Origin: Felis catus
Lineage: Eukaryota
Direction of reading: 5' to 3'
Assembly: GCF_018350175.1 (NCBI RefSeq)
Contig: NC_058368.1
Coordinates: 131,876,001 to 131,940,000 of the forward strand
DNA length: 64,000 nucleotides
Shown: positions 39,245 to 50,160 of the stretch, in pieces
How positions within the stretch are numbered: the first letter of the stretch is position 1
Layout: every line of letters starts with the position of its first letter
Translations under genes and position numbers: made by a program
The notes under the pieces: generated by a model
Seen by the model: only the letters and a program-made list of their open reading frames with translations
Database searches by the model: none
What the model was told of the DNA's origin: nothing

Positions 39245-39470
39245 CTGGGTGAGTCTGGGTGGCTCAGTTGGTTAAGCATCCGACTTCAGCTCAGGTCATG
39301 ATCTCACGGTTTGTGAGTTTGAGCCCCGCATCGGGCTCTGTGCTGACAGTTCAGAGCCTGGAGCCTGCTTCGGATTCTGTGTCTCCCTCTCTCTCTCTGC
39401 CCCTCCCCTGCTCATGCTCTGTCTCTCTCTGTCTCAGAAATAAATAAATATTAAAAGAAAAAACAAACAA
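39245..39470 (+). mobile_element. Can-SINE
   Basis: tgggtggctcagttggttaagcatccg...aaataaataaa. Confidence 0.93.
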
Positions 39471-39554
39471 CTATGTACTGTTATTATTTATTCACGTACG
39501 AGATTTATGTCCCTCGTTGGAATTTAGGCTCCTTGGAGATTTTCTCAAGGTATT

Positions 39555-39720
39555 AGTGTACCATAATGTAAAGAATATGGACAATCCCATTTTTAGTTTT
39601 TACCTCTATCAGTGACTGACAGACTGTGTGACTTCAGGCTAAGTATTTAATCTCCACAGGCCTCAGACTTCTTTCTGTAAAATGTCTATATCACAGGTTC
39701 TTGAGGAGATTAAGTGGTAA
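39555..39720 (+). mobile_element. MIR SINE
   Basis: ctgtgtgacttcaggctaagtatttaatctcc...gcctcagacttctttctgtaaaatg. Confidence 0.65.
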
Positions 39721-39952
39721 CCAGGGAGGTGACTGGTTTAAAGAATCTGGCTAACTAGGTTCCTTTCCCTCCTTATTCACTTTGATTTCTGTGCCATCAC
39801 TCAGAATGGTACCGTACAAATATTAGATACTCCAGAAATTGTTGAAGAAATTACTACTTTCTTTGCTATTACTAAATATACAAAGGCTACTATAATTTCT
39901 AGGCTGCTATATTTTATTGGGATGATTTGTTTTAAAGACATTCTCTTTTCCA

Positions 39953-40170
39953 GGGCACCTGGGTGGCTCAGTCAGTTGAGCATCTGACTTCACTTCAGGT
40001 CATGGTCTCACAGTTCATGAGTTCAAGCCCCACATTGGGCTCCCTGCTGTCGGTGCAGAGCCTGTTTTGGATCCTCTGTCCCTCTCTCTCTCTGTCCTCC
40101 CCCCAGTCACACTCTTTCCCTATCAAAAATAAAATATAATATAAACCATAAAATATAAAACATATTAAAA
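39953..40170 (+). mobile_element. Can-SINE
   Basis: Canonical head and tail. Confidence 0.92.
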
Positions 40171-40683
40171 TTCAAATGAATTCAGATTAGAAACATACCT
40201 ATTAGAGAAAAAAGTCAATTAGCTCAGAGTTAATAGTAGCTTACAGAAGCCATTTGTTTTACCATACAAGCAGAAACTAGGCTCTGAAGGCATAAAGGTA
40301 CTGCCTGGACTCTAAAGCACGCCCATAGTTGAGCAGTATTCAGGTGACATAAACTCCAGGTTTACAACTTTTGTTCTCATATTAACAGTTTAAAGATATT
40401 CTAGCACCAATGGATAAGATTATATTCTAGAGAATATACAGACTGTGACCTAAAGACTAGTTTAAAAACGTGCACTTCATTCTAAGAGTTATGGGTTCCT
40501 CAAGTACCAACAGATAGTGTTATTTGAATAGTCTGAAAGATTTTAACAATGTTGTAAATTCTGAATCACTTGAAAAATTTAGTATAATGAAGCAATTTTT
40601 AATCATCTTATAGACATTTCCTTCTCTATCTTACTTTGTCTTTTTTTAGTTTTTATTCATTATTCACTTTATATGTTATTAAA

Positions 40684-40905
40684 TTTTTTAAAAAAATTTT
40701 TAAATGTTTATTTTTGAGAGACAGAGAGAGAGACAGAGCACGATCAAGGGAGGGGCAGAGAGAGAGGGAGACACAGAATCTAAAGCAGGTTCCAGGCTCT
40801 GAGCTGTCAGCACAGAGCCTGACGTAGGGCTTAAACTCGCAAACTGTGAGATCATGACCTGAGCCGAAGTTGGACACTTAACTAACTGAGCCACCGTGGT
40901 GCCAC
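40684..40905 (-). mobile_element. Can-SINE (antisense)
   Basis: Canonical body. Confidence 0.93.
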
Positions 40906-41129
40906 TAGCTGTTATTATGGCTACTTAAACAGTGCATCTGAGTCTTTGACTATTTAAGGATAGATTTTTAGAAGCTGGCATTATACATTCACTGCCCTTT
41001 ATAAAAATTATGAAGAGCTGATCTCCATATGTAGTAGAGGTAGCATTTATTTGTAGTAAATAACATAATAAAGAAATATTCCTACATCGCAAACAACCCT
41101 TAACTGTAATGCTGTTTTAACATGATCTA

Positions 41130-41340
41130 AATAATAATAGCTACCATTTGTTGAACATGTATTGTCTGTCCAATATTTTAAATATCTTACCCCCATTTTA
41201 TAGTTGAGGAAACTGAGTCTCACAGAAGTTAAATAATTGTTCTTAGGCCACTCAGATAATAAGTGTTAGAGTTAGCTTTTAAATCAAGACTTTCTGAATC
41301 CAAAGTTAATCCTTTTGATAACTGTGCATTACTACCTCTG
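41130..41340 (-). mobile_element. MIR SINE
   Basis: ccccattttatagttgaggaaactgagtctcacagaagttaaataa. Confidence 0.75.
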
Positions 41341-41894
41341 CAACAGTATATACTGTCATTGCCTCATTCTTCGCATACTTCAAATGACTCTCATAACTAG
41401 TTTGTTTAACCGTCATGCAGCATTTCCTCTTCAACTTTCAAAATAATCTTCCCCTCAAAGACCTTAGTATTCAGAAAACATCATCTAAATTTCTGTATTA
41501 CTTACCAAATTAAATTTTTTTTAATTAGTATAATAAAAGATGGTATTTAGTGGATGGAGTAAAGATGTGGTTGCTATTCCCTGTGCTCATATAACTTCAA
41601 GAAATAGGAAGTAATTTATCTGAGAAATACATAATGAGAGCCTAAACTGGGCATTGATGTTGAGAGTCAAGAGGAGTATTATACGTGAGAGAGATTGGAA
41701 AATGACATACTCCGACAGTGATTCAGTGAAAGGGCGGGGGAACAGTCCCAGAGGAAGTTTAAAGTCTGGTCATTAGGAGGAAAATAGTTCCACATTCAAA
41801 CAGGGATTTCAGGAAAAGGAACAGATTTGGGCAGGGAGGAGATGACTTCAAGTCTGAACATTGCAGCGTCTCGCCTCCACTATCCATCTAGATC

Positions 41895-42173
41895 TGGGCC
41901 CTTGAAATGTGGCTAGTTTAAACTGAGGTGTGCTGTAAGTATAAAATACACACCAGATTTAGAACATTTAGTACCAAAAAAAAAAAAAAGTAAATACAGT
42001 ATTAATATTTTTATATTGGTTGCATGTTGACATAATAATATTGTGGACATACTAAGTTAATGAGTTAAAACAAGTTGTTAATTTAACCTGATTCCTTTTG
42101 CTATTTCTTTAATGTGGCAGCTAGGAAACTTAATTGCATATGTGTGTTACCTTATATCTCTGTTGGACAGTAC
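41895..42173 (-). mobile_element. MER33-like hAT-Charlie MITE, inserted in an antisense L2 (about 41600-42660)
   Basis: cttgaaatgtggctagt...gtgctgtaagtataaaatacacaccagattt...tgttggacagtact is the reverse complement of the recalled MER33. Confidence 0.85.
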
Positions 42174-42271
42174 TAATGTACAGGAAGGTTTGTAACAGTT
42201 AAAAATGCAGGACCAAACAATCAGAGCAAAACATCTAGATTTGGAAATAACCTATATAAAAGTGATATCTG

Positions 42272-42309
42272 ATGTTATGAGATTAGACAAATGTTATGAG
42301 ATTAGACAA
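42272..42309. repeat. Perfect 19-bp tandem duplication
   Basis: atgttatgagattagacaa x2. Confidence 0.95.
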
Positions 42310-43147
42310 AATGCCATTGTACAAGGTACAGAAAGGGGGAAAATACCAAGAATTATAGATTGAGAAAAGAAAGACTAATTAGAATAAGGATTGGAGAGTC
42401 AATACTCTAAAATGGTACATAGTCTGATTAGGATAGAATTTCAAGAAGGAAGGAGTGGTTAATATTGAATGGTAGAGAAGCCAAAGAGGAAAAGGAAGAC
42501 TGAGAAAAGACCATTGAATTTGGTTGATACAGAAGCAGTTTCAACAGAGTATAAGAAGGATAGATTGCAAGAGATTAAGAAGTTTGAGGCTGAGAAAGTA
42601 GACTCTATATATAAACTGTTTTTTCAGGCCAAGAGTCCAGTGGTAAAGATAATCATCACCTGATTGGAGCAGAGTCCAGGGAAATTTGAGTATGTTTGTT
42701 GGCTGAATGAAAGGATTAGTGAAGTAGGAGTGCTTGCAGTTGTAAAGAAGAGAAGATAATTGCTATATGGCAGTCCTAATGCACTGGGTCCCAAACCTGA
42801 ATGCGTATTGGAATCAACCAGAACTTGTTACAGGGACAAATTCCCAGGCAACATCTCACATCTAACAAAATAACATTCTTTGGAGGTTTGTCTCTAGGAA
42901 CATGTTGTGAACAAGGCCTTCTAGGTAATTATCACATATTCATAAGGACAAACAAGTCAAGAAAATTAAAGGTGCTGGTGAGGACATTAGTGAAATAGCT
43001 GACCGTACCATCTAGAATGGATAGAGAGCCAGTTGGGTTAGAATAGGGCTGACAGATCGTGAACTATGAAGAAGCTGGCTTTCATTATTATATTGAGTGA
43101 GAACAGGTTCAATAGCAATGAAAAACTGAGGAAGTAGGTAGTAGATT

Positions 43148-43361
43148 AAAAAAAATTTTGTTTAATGTTTGTTTGTTTGTTTGTTTTGAGAGAGAGAGCA
43201 GGGAAGGGGCAGACAGAGAGAGAGAGACATAGAATCCAAAGCAGGCTCCAGGCTCTGAGCTGTCAGCACAGAGCCTGACACGGGGCTCGAACTCAGGAAA
43301 TTTGAGATCGTGACCTGAGCTGAATTTGGACGTTTAACCAACCAAGCCACCCAAGCACCCC
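43148..43361 (-). mobile_element. Can-SINE (antisense)
   Basis: TSD aagtaggtagtagatt (43132-43147) / aagtaagtagtagatt (43362-43377). Confidence 0.95.
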
Positions 43362-44523
43362 AAGTAAGTAGTAGATTTTAATTAGAAGGAATTTTCAGAA
43401 TTCAGGATCTTGGAGGCCAAGCAGATACAAATTATAGCCATTTGTGTTTGATGTAGAAAAGAGGAGTAAGAATTGAGTTGTGCACATTGTAAGACCTATT
43501 ACTTTGGTAACTAATATATGACATGCTTTAAAAGAAAAATAAAGTATGAGATTTGGGGACCAGGAAGAAGCACAAAGTTTGAATCAGTATGGAAGTATTT
43601 AGATTTAAGATCCCGGTAAACTGTGGCTTGGGTGTCTTTGGAGACCTTTTCTAGACTTGTTGCCTACTTGGGTTTACAGTGGTTCTTTGAGTGTCTGTTA
43701 TCCACTCTAGCTTTTACTGAAATAGAGTAGATGCCTGACATTCAAAGTTTGACTGGCCACTAGTGACCCTAAGTGTTAATGTCATGGGTAATTAATCTTT
43801 TATAAGCACATGAATTTGAATATGTCCTAAAACTGGCTTTGTAGAAGCTAGCCACCTAGTGTCTTGTAGTGAAGTCAATATTTATATCCCAGTTTACCTT
43901 TAATACATGATTGTACTAATCATCAGAATACCTCAGCTTTGTAGGTTTCACAGAAGAGGAAATTTTTTGCCAAATTATGGTATTAAGTGGGTTAAAAATT
44001 AATTGAGTTTAAAAAACTGAGTTTAAAAACATTTTAGCACTGCACCTAGCATGTAATTGCTTAATAAATGGTAGCTACTGGTGCCAGTTGAGGAATTCAC
44101 CAAGTTTTAAAGTCACATCTTTTTGTGTATGTGCAAGTTTAGTAAGTAGAATTTATATTAAAATTTTGTTTTGATTCAGGATCTTCATGAATTGTTAAAC
44201 TGGAACTAGAATGCTAAATTGGCAAGTAAATTAGAATAGTGGGATATTTATCATTTATCTATTTCTGTTTAACATACTTGATAGGGAGTATATTTTACAG
44301 GTAATTCTTATTATATTGCTATTCTAAAAAATGACAGCTTCTAAAATACTCTATAGCTCTGTTTCCATAGCACAATACACAGGTAAGAAACAAAATGAAT
44401 TACATTATTTTTTTGTGTTTTTTTAGGGATTTAGTGTATGTAAAAAACAATATGCCTGTTTTTGCTAAACAATTTTTTCTTTCCGTGTATTATGTACTTT
44501 ATATAACTGTTTTTGCTTTACAG

Positions 44524-44627
44524 TGACGAGCTCCGAAAAGAAGCAAGACAGTTAAAGCGGGAACTGTTAGCAGCAAAACAAAAAAAAGTAGAAAATGCAA
44601 CAAAACAAGCAGAAAAAAAAAGTGAAG
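44524..44627 (+). CDS. CWC27: Internal coding exon (104 nt, phase 2 to phase 1) of spliceosome-associated protein CWC27, C-terminal coiled-coil region; corresponds to human exon 11
   Basis: Acceptor ctgtttttgctttacag| (AG 44522-44523) and donor gaag|GTAAGG (44628). Open frame gives (S)DELRKEARQLKRELLAAKQKKVENATKQAEKKSE, which matches the human CWC27 peptide SEELRKEARQLKRELLAAKQKKVENAAKQAEKRSE as I recall it. Confidence 0.95.
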
Positions 44628-45207
44628 GTAAGGATATTTATCAGGTTTTTGTTTTCACTTGTACAACATTACCCTCTTCCCTCCATCTCCCCTTCCTTCC
44701 TTTTCTCCTCTTTCCCTCCTCCCTCCTTTCTAATTTTTGCTTTTTTTTTTTTTTTTTTTTTTTTAATACTTAGACAGTTAGCCAATAAAATAAATTTCCA
44801 TTTAGGATTTTGTCTACGAAGTAAATTCAGTCAAACATGATCATAACTGGTATTCTAAGAAGATTAATGAAAACTAACAGAGACTTGTCCTCAGGCAAAA
44901 CTTAAATGTTGCCATAACACATGTCTAGGAGTGCACAAGAATGGAATGTTCATTTCTTATATTGCATACCATTTAAAACATTTTTAAAAAGCATTTAGGC
45001 CCTATATTTGGGACTTGTGTAGATATTTGTGCATTGGTTTGAATAGTATGAAATATAAACTCTTGTTTTTTGTTTGTTTTTGTTAAGATACTGAAAATCT
45101 AAACTATCAATAAAGTTGATCAAAAATTAATCAAAATAATACCCTTCTATTTATACAGGTTAAATATATTCTTAATTTTACTATGATTTTTATGAAGCTA
45201 TTAGGGC

Positions 45208-45278
45208 TTTAAGTTTATTTACTTTGAGAGAGCGAGCACAAGTGGGGTAGGTGCAGAGGGTGAGAGGGAGAGGGAGAG

Positions 45279-45320
<42 letters not shown>

Positions 45321-45475
45321 AGGGAGGGAGGGAGGGAGAGAGGGAGAATCCCAAGCAGGCTCCACGATGTCAGCATAGAGCCCAACACAGGGCTCAATCT
45401 CATGAACTGTGAGATCATGATTTGAGCCAAAATCAAGAATTGGATGCTTAACCAACTGAGCCACCCAGGCACCTC
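45208..45475 (-). mobile_element. Can-SINE with expanded (GA)n/(GGGA)n tract
   Basis: Canonical antisense head ccacccaggcacctc. Confidence 0.93.
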
Positions 45476-45695
45476 AGCATTAGTATTTATTTTAAGTAGC
45501 ACAGGTAATAACCATATAACTATCTAAAGGACATAGTTCTTAGATTATTTGCACCATATCCCCCAATGACTGTTATAGTAAAGGCAGGTACTTAATGAAG
45601 AATTCAAAGTCACCAAAATATATTTGAATGAAACTATTAAAAAATTAACTCCCCATGATGACACAAATTATAAGCTTTATTTAAAAGAAAGGAAA

Positions 45696-45905
45696 GGGGC
45701 ACCTGGGTGGCTCAGTAGGTTAAGCATCTGACTTCAGCTCAGGTCATGAGCTCACAGTTTATGAGTTTGAACCCCACATCAGGCTCTGTGCTGACAGCTC
45801 AGAGCCTACAGCCTGCTTGGAAATCTTTGTCTACCTCTCTCTCTGCCCCTCCCCTGCTCACACTCTGTCTCTCTCTCAAAAAAATAAACATTAAAAAAAA
45901 TTAAA
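45696..45905 (+). mobile_element. Can-SINE
   Basis: Canonical; degenerate TSD aaaagaaaggaaag/aaaagaaaagaaaag. Confidence 0.94.
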
Positions 45906-46038
45906 AAGAAAAGAAAAGATAAACTTATATGTGACCAGGTCATGTAGGTAAAGTATAACCCTGAACAGAAACAAGCTATATTGGCAATACTGCGACTTGA
46001 AAGAAATACGGTGAAGGTTATTTTATTTTTAAGCTTAA

Positions 46039-46255
46039 TTTTTTTTTTAATGTTTATTCATTTTTTTTTGAGAGAGAGAGAGACAGAGCATGAGCGGGGA
46101 AGGGGCAGAGAGAGAAGGAGACGCAGAATCCGAAGCAGGCTCCAGGCTCTGAGCTGTCAGCACAGAGCCTGACGCACGGCTCAAACTCACGAACTGTGAG
46201 ATCATGACCTGAGCTGAAGTGGGGCGCTCAACCGACTGAGCCACCCAGGCACCCC
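46039..46255 (-). mobile_element. Can-SINE (antisense)
   Basis: Canonical; degenerate TSD tattttt(t)aag on both sides. Confidence 0.95.
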
Positions 46256-46844
46256 TATTTTTTAAGTTTAGACATAATTTTCTCAGAGTATTGTTCCTTA
46301 TAATTAAAAGCATTTTAAATATATGAGAGTATTCCTTTCAACTAGAAAGATCTTTTACTTCAATTTTAATTCATTTTTGAGCAAATAATTATTAGTACTC
46401 CCATTCCTCAAGAACCATGCAGGACTAGGGGTATGAAGTTGGCAATGGTTGGAGGTTCTTACCTTTATAGTTCATGATCTAGTCAGAGTGAGAGAATTGG
46501 AAATAGATAATTACTGCAATAGTGCTTTATAGTTAAGGCTTATATTAAATATAAGTAGTGCTGTTTTAAATTATTTATCTGCCTTTAAAATATTAAATGC
46601 AATTAAAGAAACGTTTGAGTCTTAGAATGATTTCTTAACACAAAAGAGAAGATTTCTTCTAGAGCTTATTTCAGTCTGTTGATGAGAAAGCCATATAAAA
46701 CCATTTTGTTATGCCATAATTAGAGAATTACATTAGGAATTACTTTTCTCAATTTAATTTTCCTTATATCTTCTAGAAATATCCTGGAGTTTCCTTAAAT
46801 CTGAATATCATTTAAAATTAGCTTCTACAAAAAGTGGGTCATTT

Positions 46845-47960
46845 TATTTATTTTTGATTGCTTTGTTTTGAAATAATTTTAGACTTCCAGATAAGTTGCA
46901 AATACAGAATTCCCATATACCTTTAACATGAAGATCTTATATAACCATAGTACAATGGTGAAAACCAAGCAATTGATGTTAATACATGACTGTTAACTAA
47001 CTACAGACCTGATAAGAATTTCACCCATTTTCCCACTACCGTTGTTTTTCTGTTCTGTTTTTCCATCCAGAATTCCATACTGTATTGAGTCATCATGTTC
47101 CTCCTTAGTATCCTCTGATCTATGACAGTTCCTCAATCTTTTCTTATCTTTCATGTCTTTGACACTTTGAGGAGTCCTAGTTAGATATTTTGGGGAATGT
47201 CTCTCATTTGAGTTTGTCTGATGTTGTCTTGTGATTAGATTAAGGTTATGCTTTTTTTTTTTTTTTTTTTTTTTTTTTGGCAAGATTGCCACAGAAATGA
47301 TATGTCCTTCCCAGTGCATTATAAATTTGTCTGTTGTCTTTTTACTGGTAATACTGCCTTGATGACTAATTTAAAGTGGTGTCTCTTGAGTTGCTACACT
47401 CTAAAGTTACTCTTTCCCTTTGAGACTTTAAGTATTTGGGGGGAGATACTGTGAGACTATTCTGTTTCTTTTCAAGCTTACCCCCGCTAATTTTAGTATC
47501 CATGGGTGGATCTTGCCTATAGGCAACAGTTATTTACTGTGGTGTTCTAATGGTAACTTTTTATTTTCCTTTTTCTTACTACTTTTATTACTTGGAATTC
47601 TTTAAGAAAGAGGTCTCTCTCGCTCTCTTTCTCTATTACTTACTTATTTATATCACTATTCACTTATTTATATAAATATGAACTTGTGAGTATTTATTTT
47701 ATTCTATGTGTTATAATCCCAAACTATCATGATTTATTTTGTTGTTCAGATAGTACCAGAATTGGTCATTAGTAGTTCTTTCAGGTTGGCTCCTGTGTCT
47801 TTTCAACTGGCTCCCACTTTGAGAACATTTTTTCTTTCTAGCACTAGAGGCCCAAATTGATCTTGTGGTTTCCCTTCTCCAGGCCTGGAATCAACCACTT
47901 CAGGGAATTCTTGTTTTCCATTGTATTTAGAAACCAAGATCTAGGCACTAAGTCAGTCTT
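46845..47960 (-). mobile_element. Old L1 3' end (L1MC4-like)
   Basis: ttttgaaataattttagacttccagataagttgcaaa...ctccttagtatcctctgatctatgacagttcctc...tatttagaaaccaagatctaggcacta. Confidence 0.8.
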
Positions 47961-48167
47961 TTTATTTTGATTCTAATAATTTTAGAATGCTATTAGGAGC
48001 AATTTTGTATTATCACCATCTTGTTAAAATGCTGAACAAAATTTGCTTTTAGCCCCTATCTGTGATGCGTTATAAATTACCTTTTTCTTGGAATTGTATT
48101 TCCTCTAAACTTACTTGATCTTTTTAAATTGACTAGTATGTATAATGTTAGAAAAATGTTTATTACA

Positions 48168-48370
48168 GAGGCGCCTGGTGGCTCAGTCAGTTAAGCGTCC
48201 AATTTTGTCTCAGGTCATGACCTCACGGTTCGTGGGTTCGGGCCCCACATCAGGCTCTGTGCTGACAGCTCAGAGCTTGGAGCCTGCTTCAAATTCTGTG
48301 TCTCTTCCCTGCCCTTCTTCGCTCATGCTCTGTCTCTCTTTCTCAAAAGTAAATTAAACATTAAAAAAAA
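48168..48370 (+). mobile_element. Can-SINE
   Basis: gaggcgcctggtggctcagtcagttaagcg head. Confidence 0.92.
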
Positions 48371-48630
48371 TTCTTTTAATTTATTATGGAAGATTTGTGA
48401 ATTTTAAGCCTCCCTGAATATATGTCAGAACTTAGCCTATCTTCCCAGGTGAAAGATATTCCATGGTTAGAACTATATAAACTCTGGGAACAGATCCAAA
48501 AGTTCTCATAAGCATTTTCATAGTAAGATCATCACGTGAAAAGAAGTTGAAAGTGATATTTGACTTCATACATCATCTGAACCAATTCAAGAAAGATTTC
48601 TTGATTGGGCTATATGGCTGCATATCTGGC

Positions 48631-48840
48631 TTTTTTTTTTTTTTTAAGTTTATTTTATTTTGAGAGAAAGAGAGAGAATGAGCAGGGGAGAGGCCGAGAG
48701 AGGAAGAGACAGAATCCTAAGCAGACTCCTCACTATCAGCACAGAGCCTGACATGGGGCTTGACCTCATGAACCGTGAGATCATGACCTGAACCAAGATT
48801 AAGAGTCAGACGCTTAACTGACTGAGCCACCCACACATCC
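48631..48840 (-). mobile_element. Can-SINE (antisense)
   Basis: Canonical body; TSD displaced (see findings). Confidence 0.93.
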
Positions 48841-49160
48841 GTGCATATAATGCCCCCGAATTATAAAAACCCCTGCGTATCTGGCTTTTATAAGACACTT
48901 TATTTTAATCCAAGACTAAATTATCTGAGTATTATGGCAACTCTGGATGGTTTGGTCTTTTGAATATTATATGCTATATCTAGAAATTTAATTTGCCAAC
49001 AAACTTAGAAGTAGATAATCCATTGTTAAAAAGAGCATTTTGAATATTTTGATGTATAAACTATTGTGTAATATAGACCTATCTTCCAAACGAATTTACT
49101 TCTGGATGCATGTACCACATCTGCTCATTTAGAGAGTCTAAAAATACATTAATTTTGGTG

Positions 49161-49399
49161 TTTTTTTAAAGTTTTTTATTTATTTTCTGAGAGAGACACA
49201 GAGAGAGAGAGAAGGAGCTCATGCACACACAAGTGAGGGAGGGGCAGAGAGAGAGAGAGAAAGAGAGAGAATCCCAGGCAGCCTTCACACCAGCAGCACA
49301 GAGGCTGGTGCACTGGGCTCAAACTCATGAACCATCAGATCATGACCTGAGCCAAAAGCAACAGTCAGATGCTGAACTGACTGAGCCAGCCAGGAGCCC
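49161..49399 (-). mobile_element. Can-SINE (antisense)
   Basis: Canonical body; taattttg on both sides. Confidence 0.9.
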
Positions 49400-49946
49400 T
49401 AATTTTGTTATTTTTAATAGTAATTTTTGATAGTAATACTAAGTGCTTGTTATATGTAACACTAAAGGTTAGAAGAATACTTTAGACTATTATATCTCAT
49501 CAAAAAATAAACAGGAAAGTATTAAAACTTTTAAGTCTAGTTACTAACAGTGAAGTTATTTAAGCCTGTGTGACTCCATTCTCTTGTCATAAATCCATGT
49601 AGAAAATGCTTTGTGAACTCCTCAAGATTCTTGTAAGAAGTAAATTAAATAATGAGAAGACCTTTAATAAATGTGCAGTGGTGTATAAAAATAATTTTAA
49701 ATTTTAAGAAGAAAAATATAGCTATTTCTGGTTTCATTTTGTCCTATCGAAATCCTACAAATGGAAATTTTGAATTTTAATACTGTGTTAGTTGCAGTTA
49801 AAGCCTGTAATCAATATAGCTATATATAAATACAACATAAATCAAAATTTCAAAGTAAGTATTTCTTTCATATGCTTTCTAAGTTACATTTCTATAATCC
49901 TATTCTTTGTTTAAAAGGTTTTAAGTGTGAGCTTGACTATATTCTT

Positions 49947-50160
49947 TTTTTTTTTTTTTTTAACGTTTATTTATTTTTGAGACAGAGAGAGAGCATGAAC
50001 GGGGGAGGGTCAGAGAGAGAGGGAGACACAGAATCTGAAACAGGCTCCAGGCTCTGAGCTGTCAGCATAGAGCCCGACATGGGGCTCAAACTCACGGATC
50101 ACAAGATCATGACCTGAGCCGAAGTTGGACGCTTAACCAACTGAGCCACCCAGGCGCCCC
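49947..50160 (-). mobile_element. Can-SINE (antisense, felid-type)
   Basis: 17-bp TSD agcttgacta[t/c]attctt at 49930-49946 and 50161-50177. Confidence 0.96.

Larger units (their letters stand above)
1..44523 (+). other. CWC27: Long intron of CWC27 upstream of the exon (5' end lies outside the window)
   Basis: No other CWC27 coding exon is recognisable; the region ends in a polypyrimidine tract and CAG. Human CWC27 has very long introns around this exon. Confidence 0.85.

Noticed and set aside
42469..42663. Lys/Glu-rich 64-aa ORF resembling CWC27's charged tail
   Set aside because: Lies in purine-rich antisense L2 sequence, does not match the CWC27 peptide I recall, and has no clear splice sites.
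44513..44773. 86-aa ORF as a stand-alone gene
   Set aside because: Only 44524-44627 is exon; the start is inside the acceptor tract and the remainder is intron read-through.
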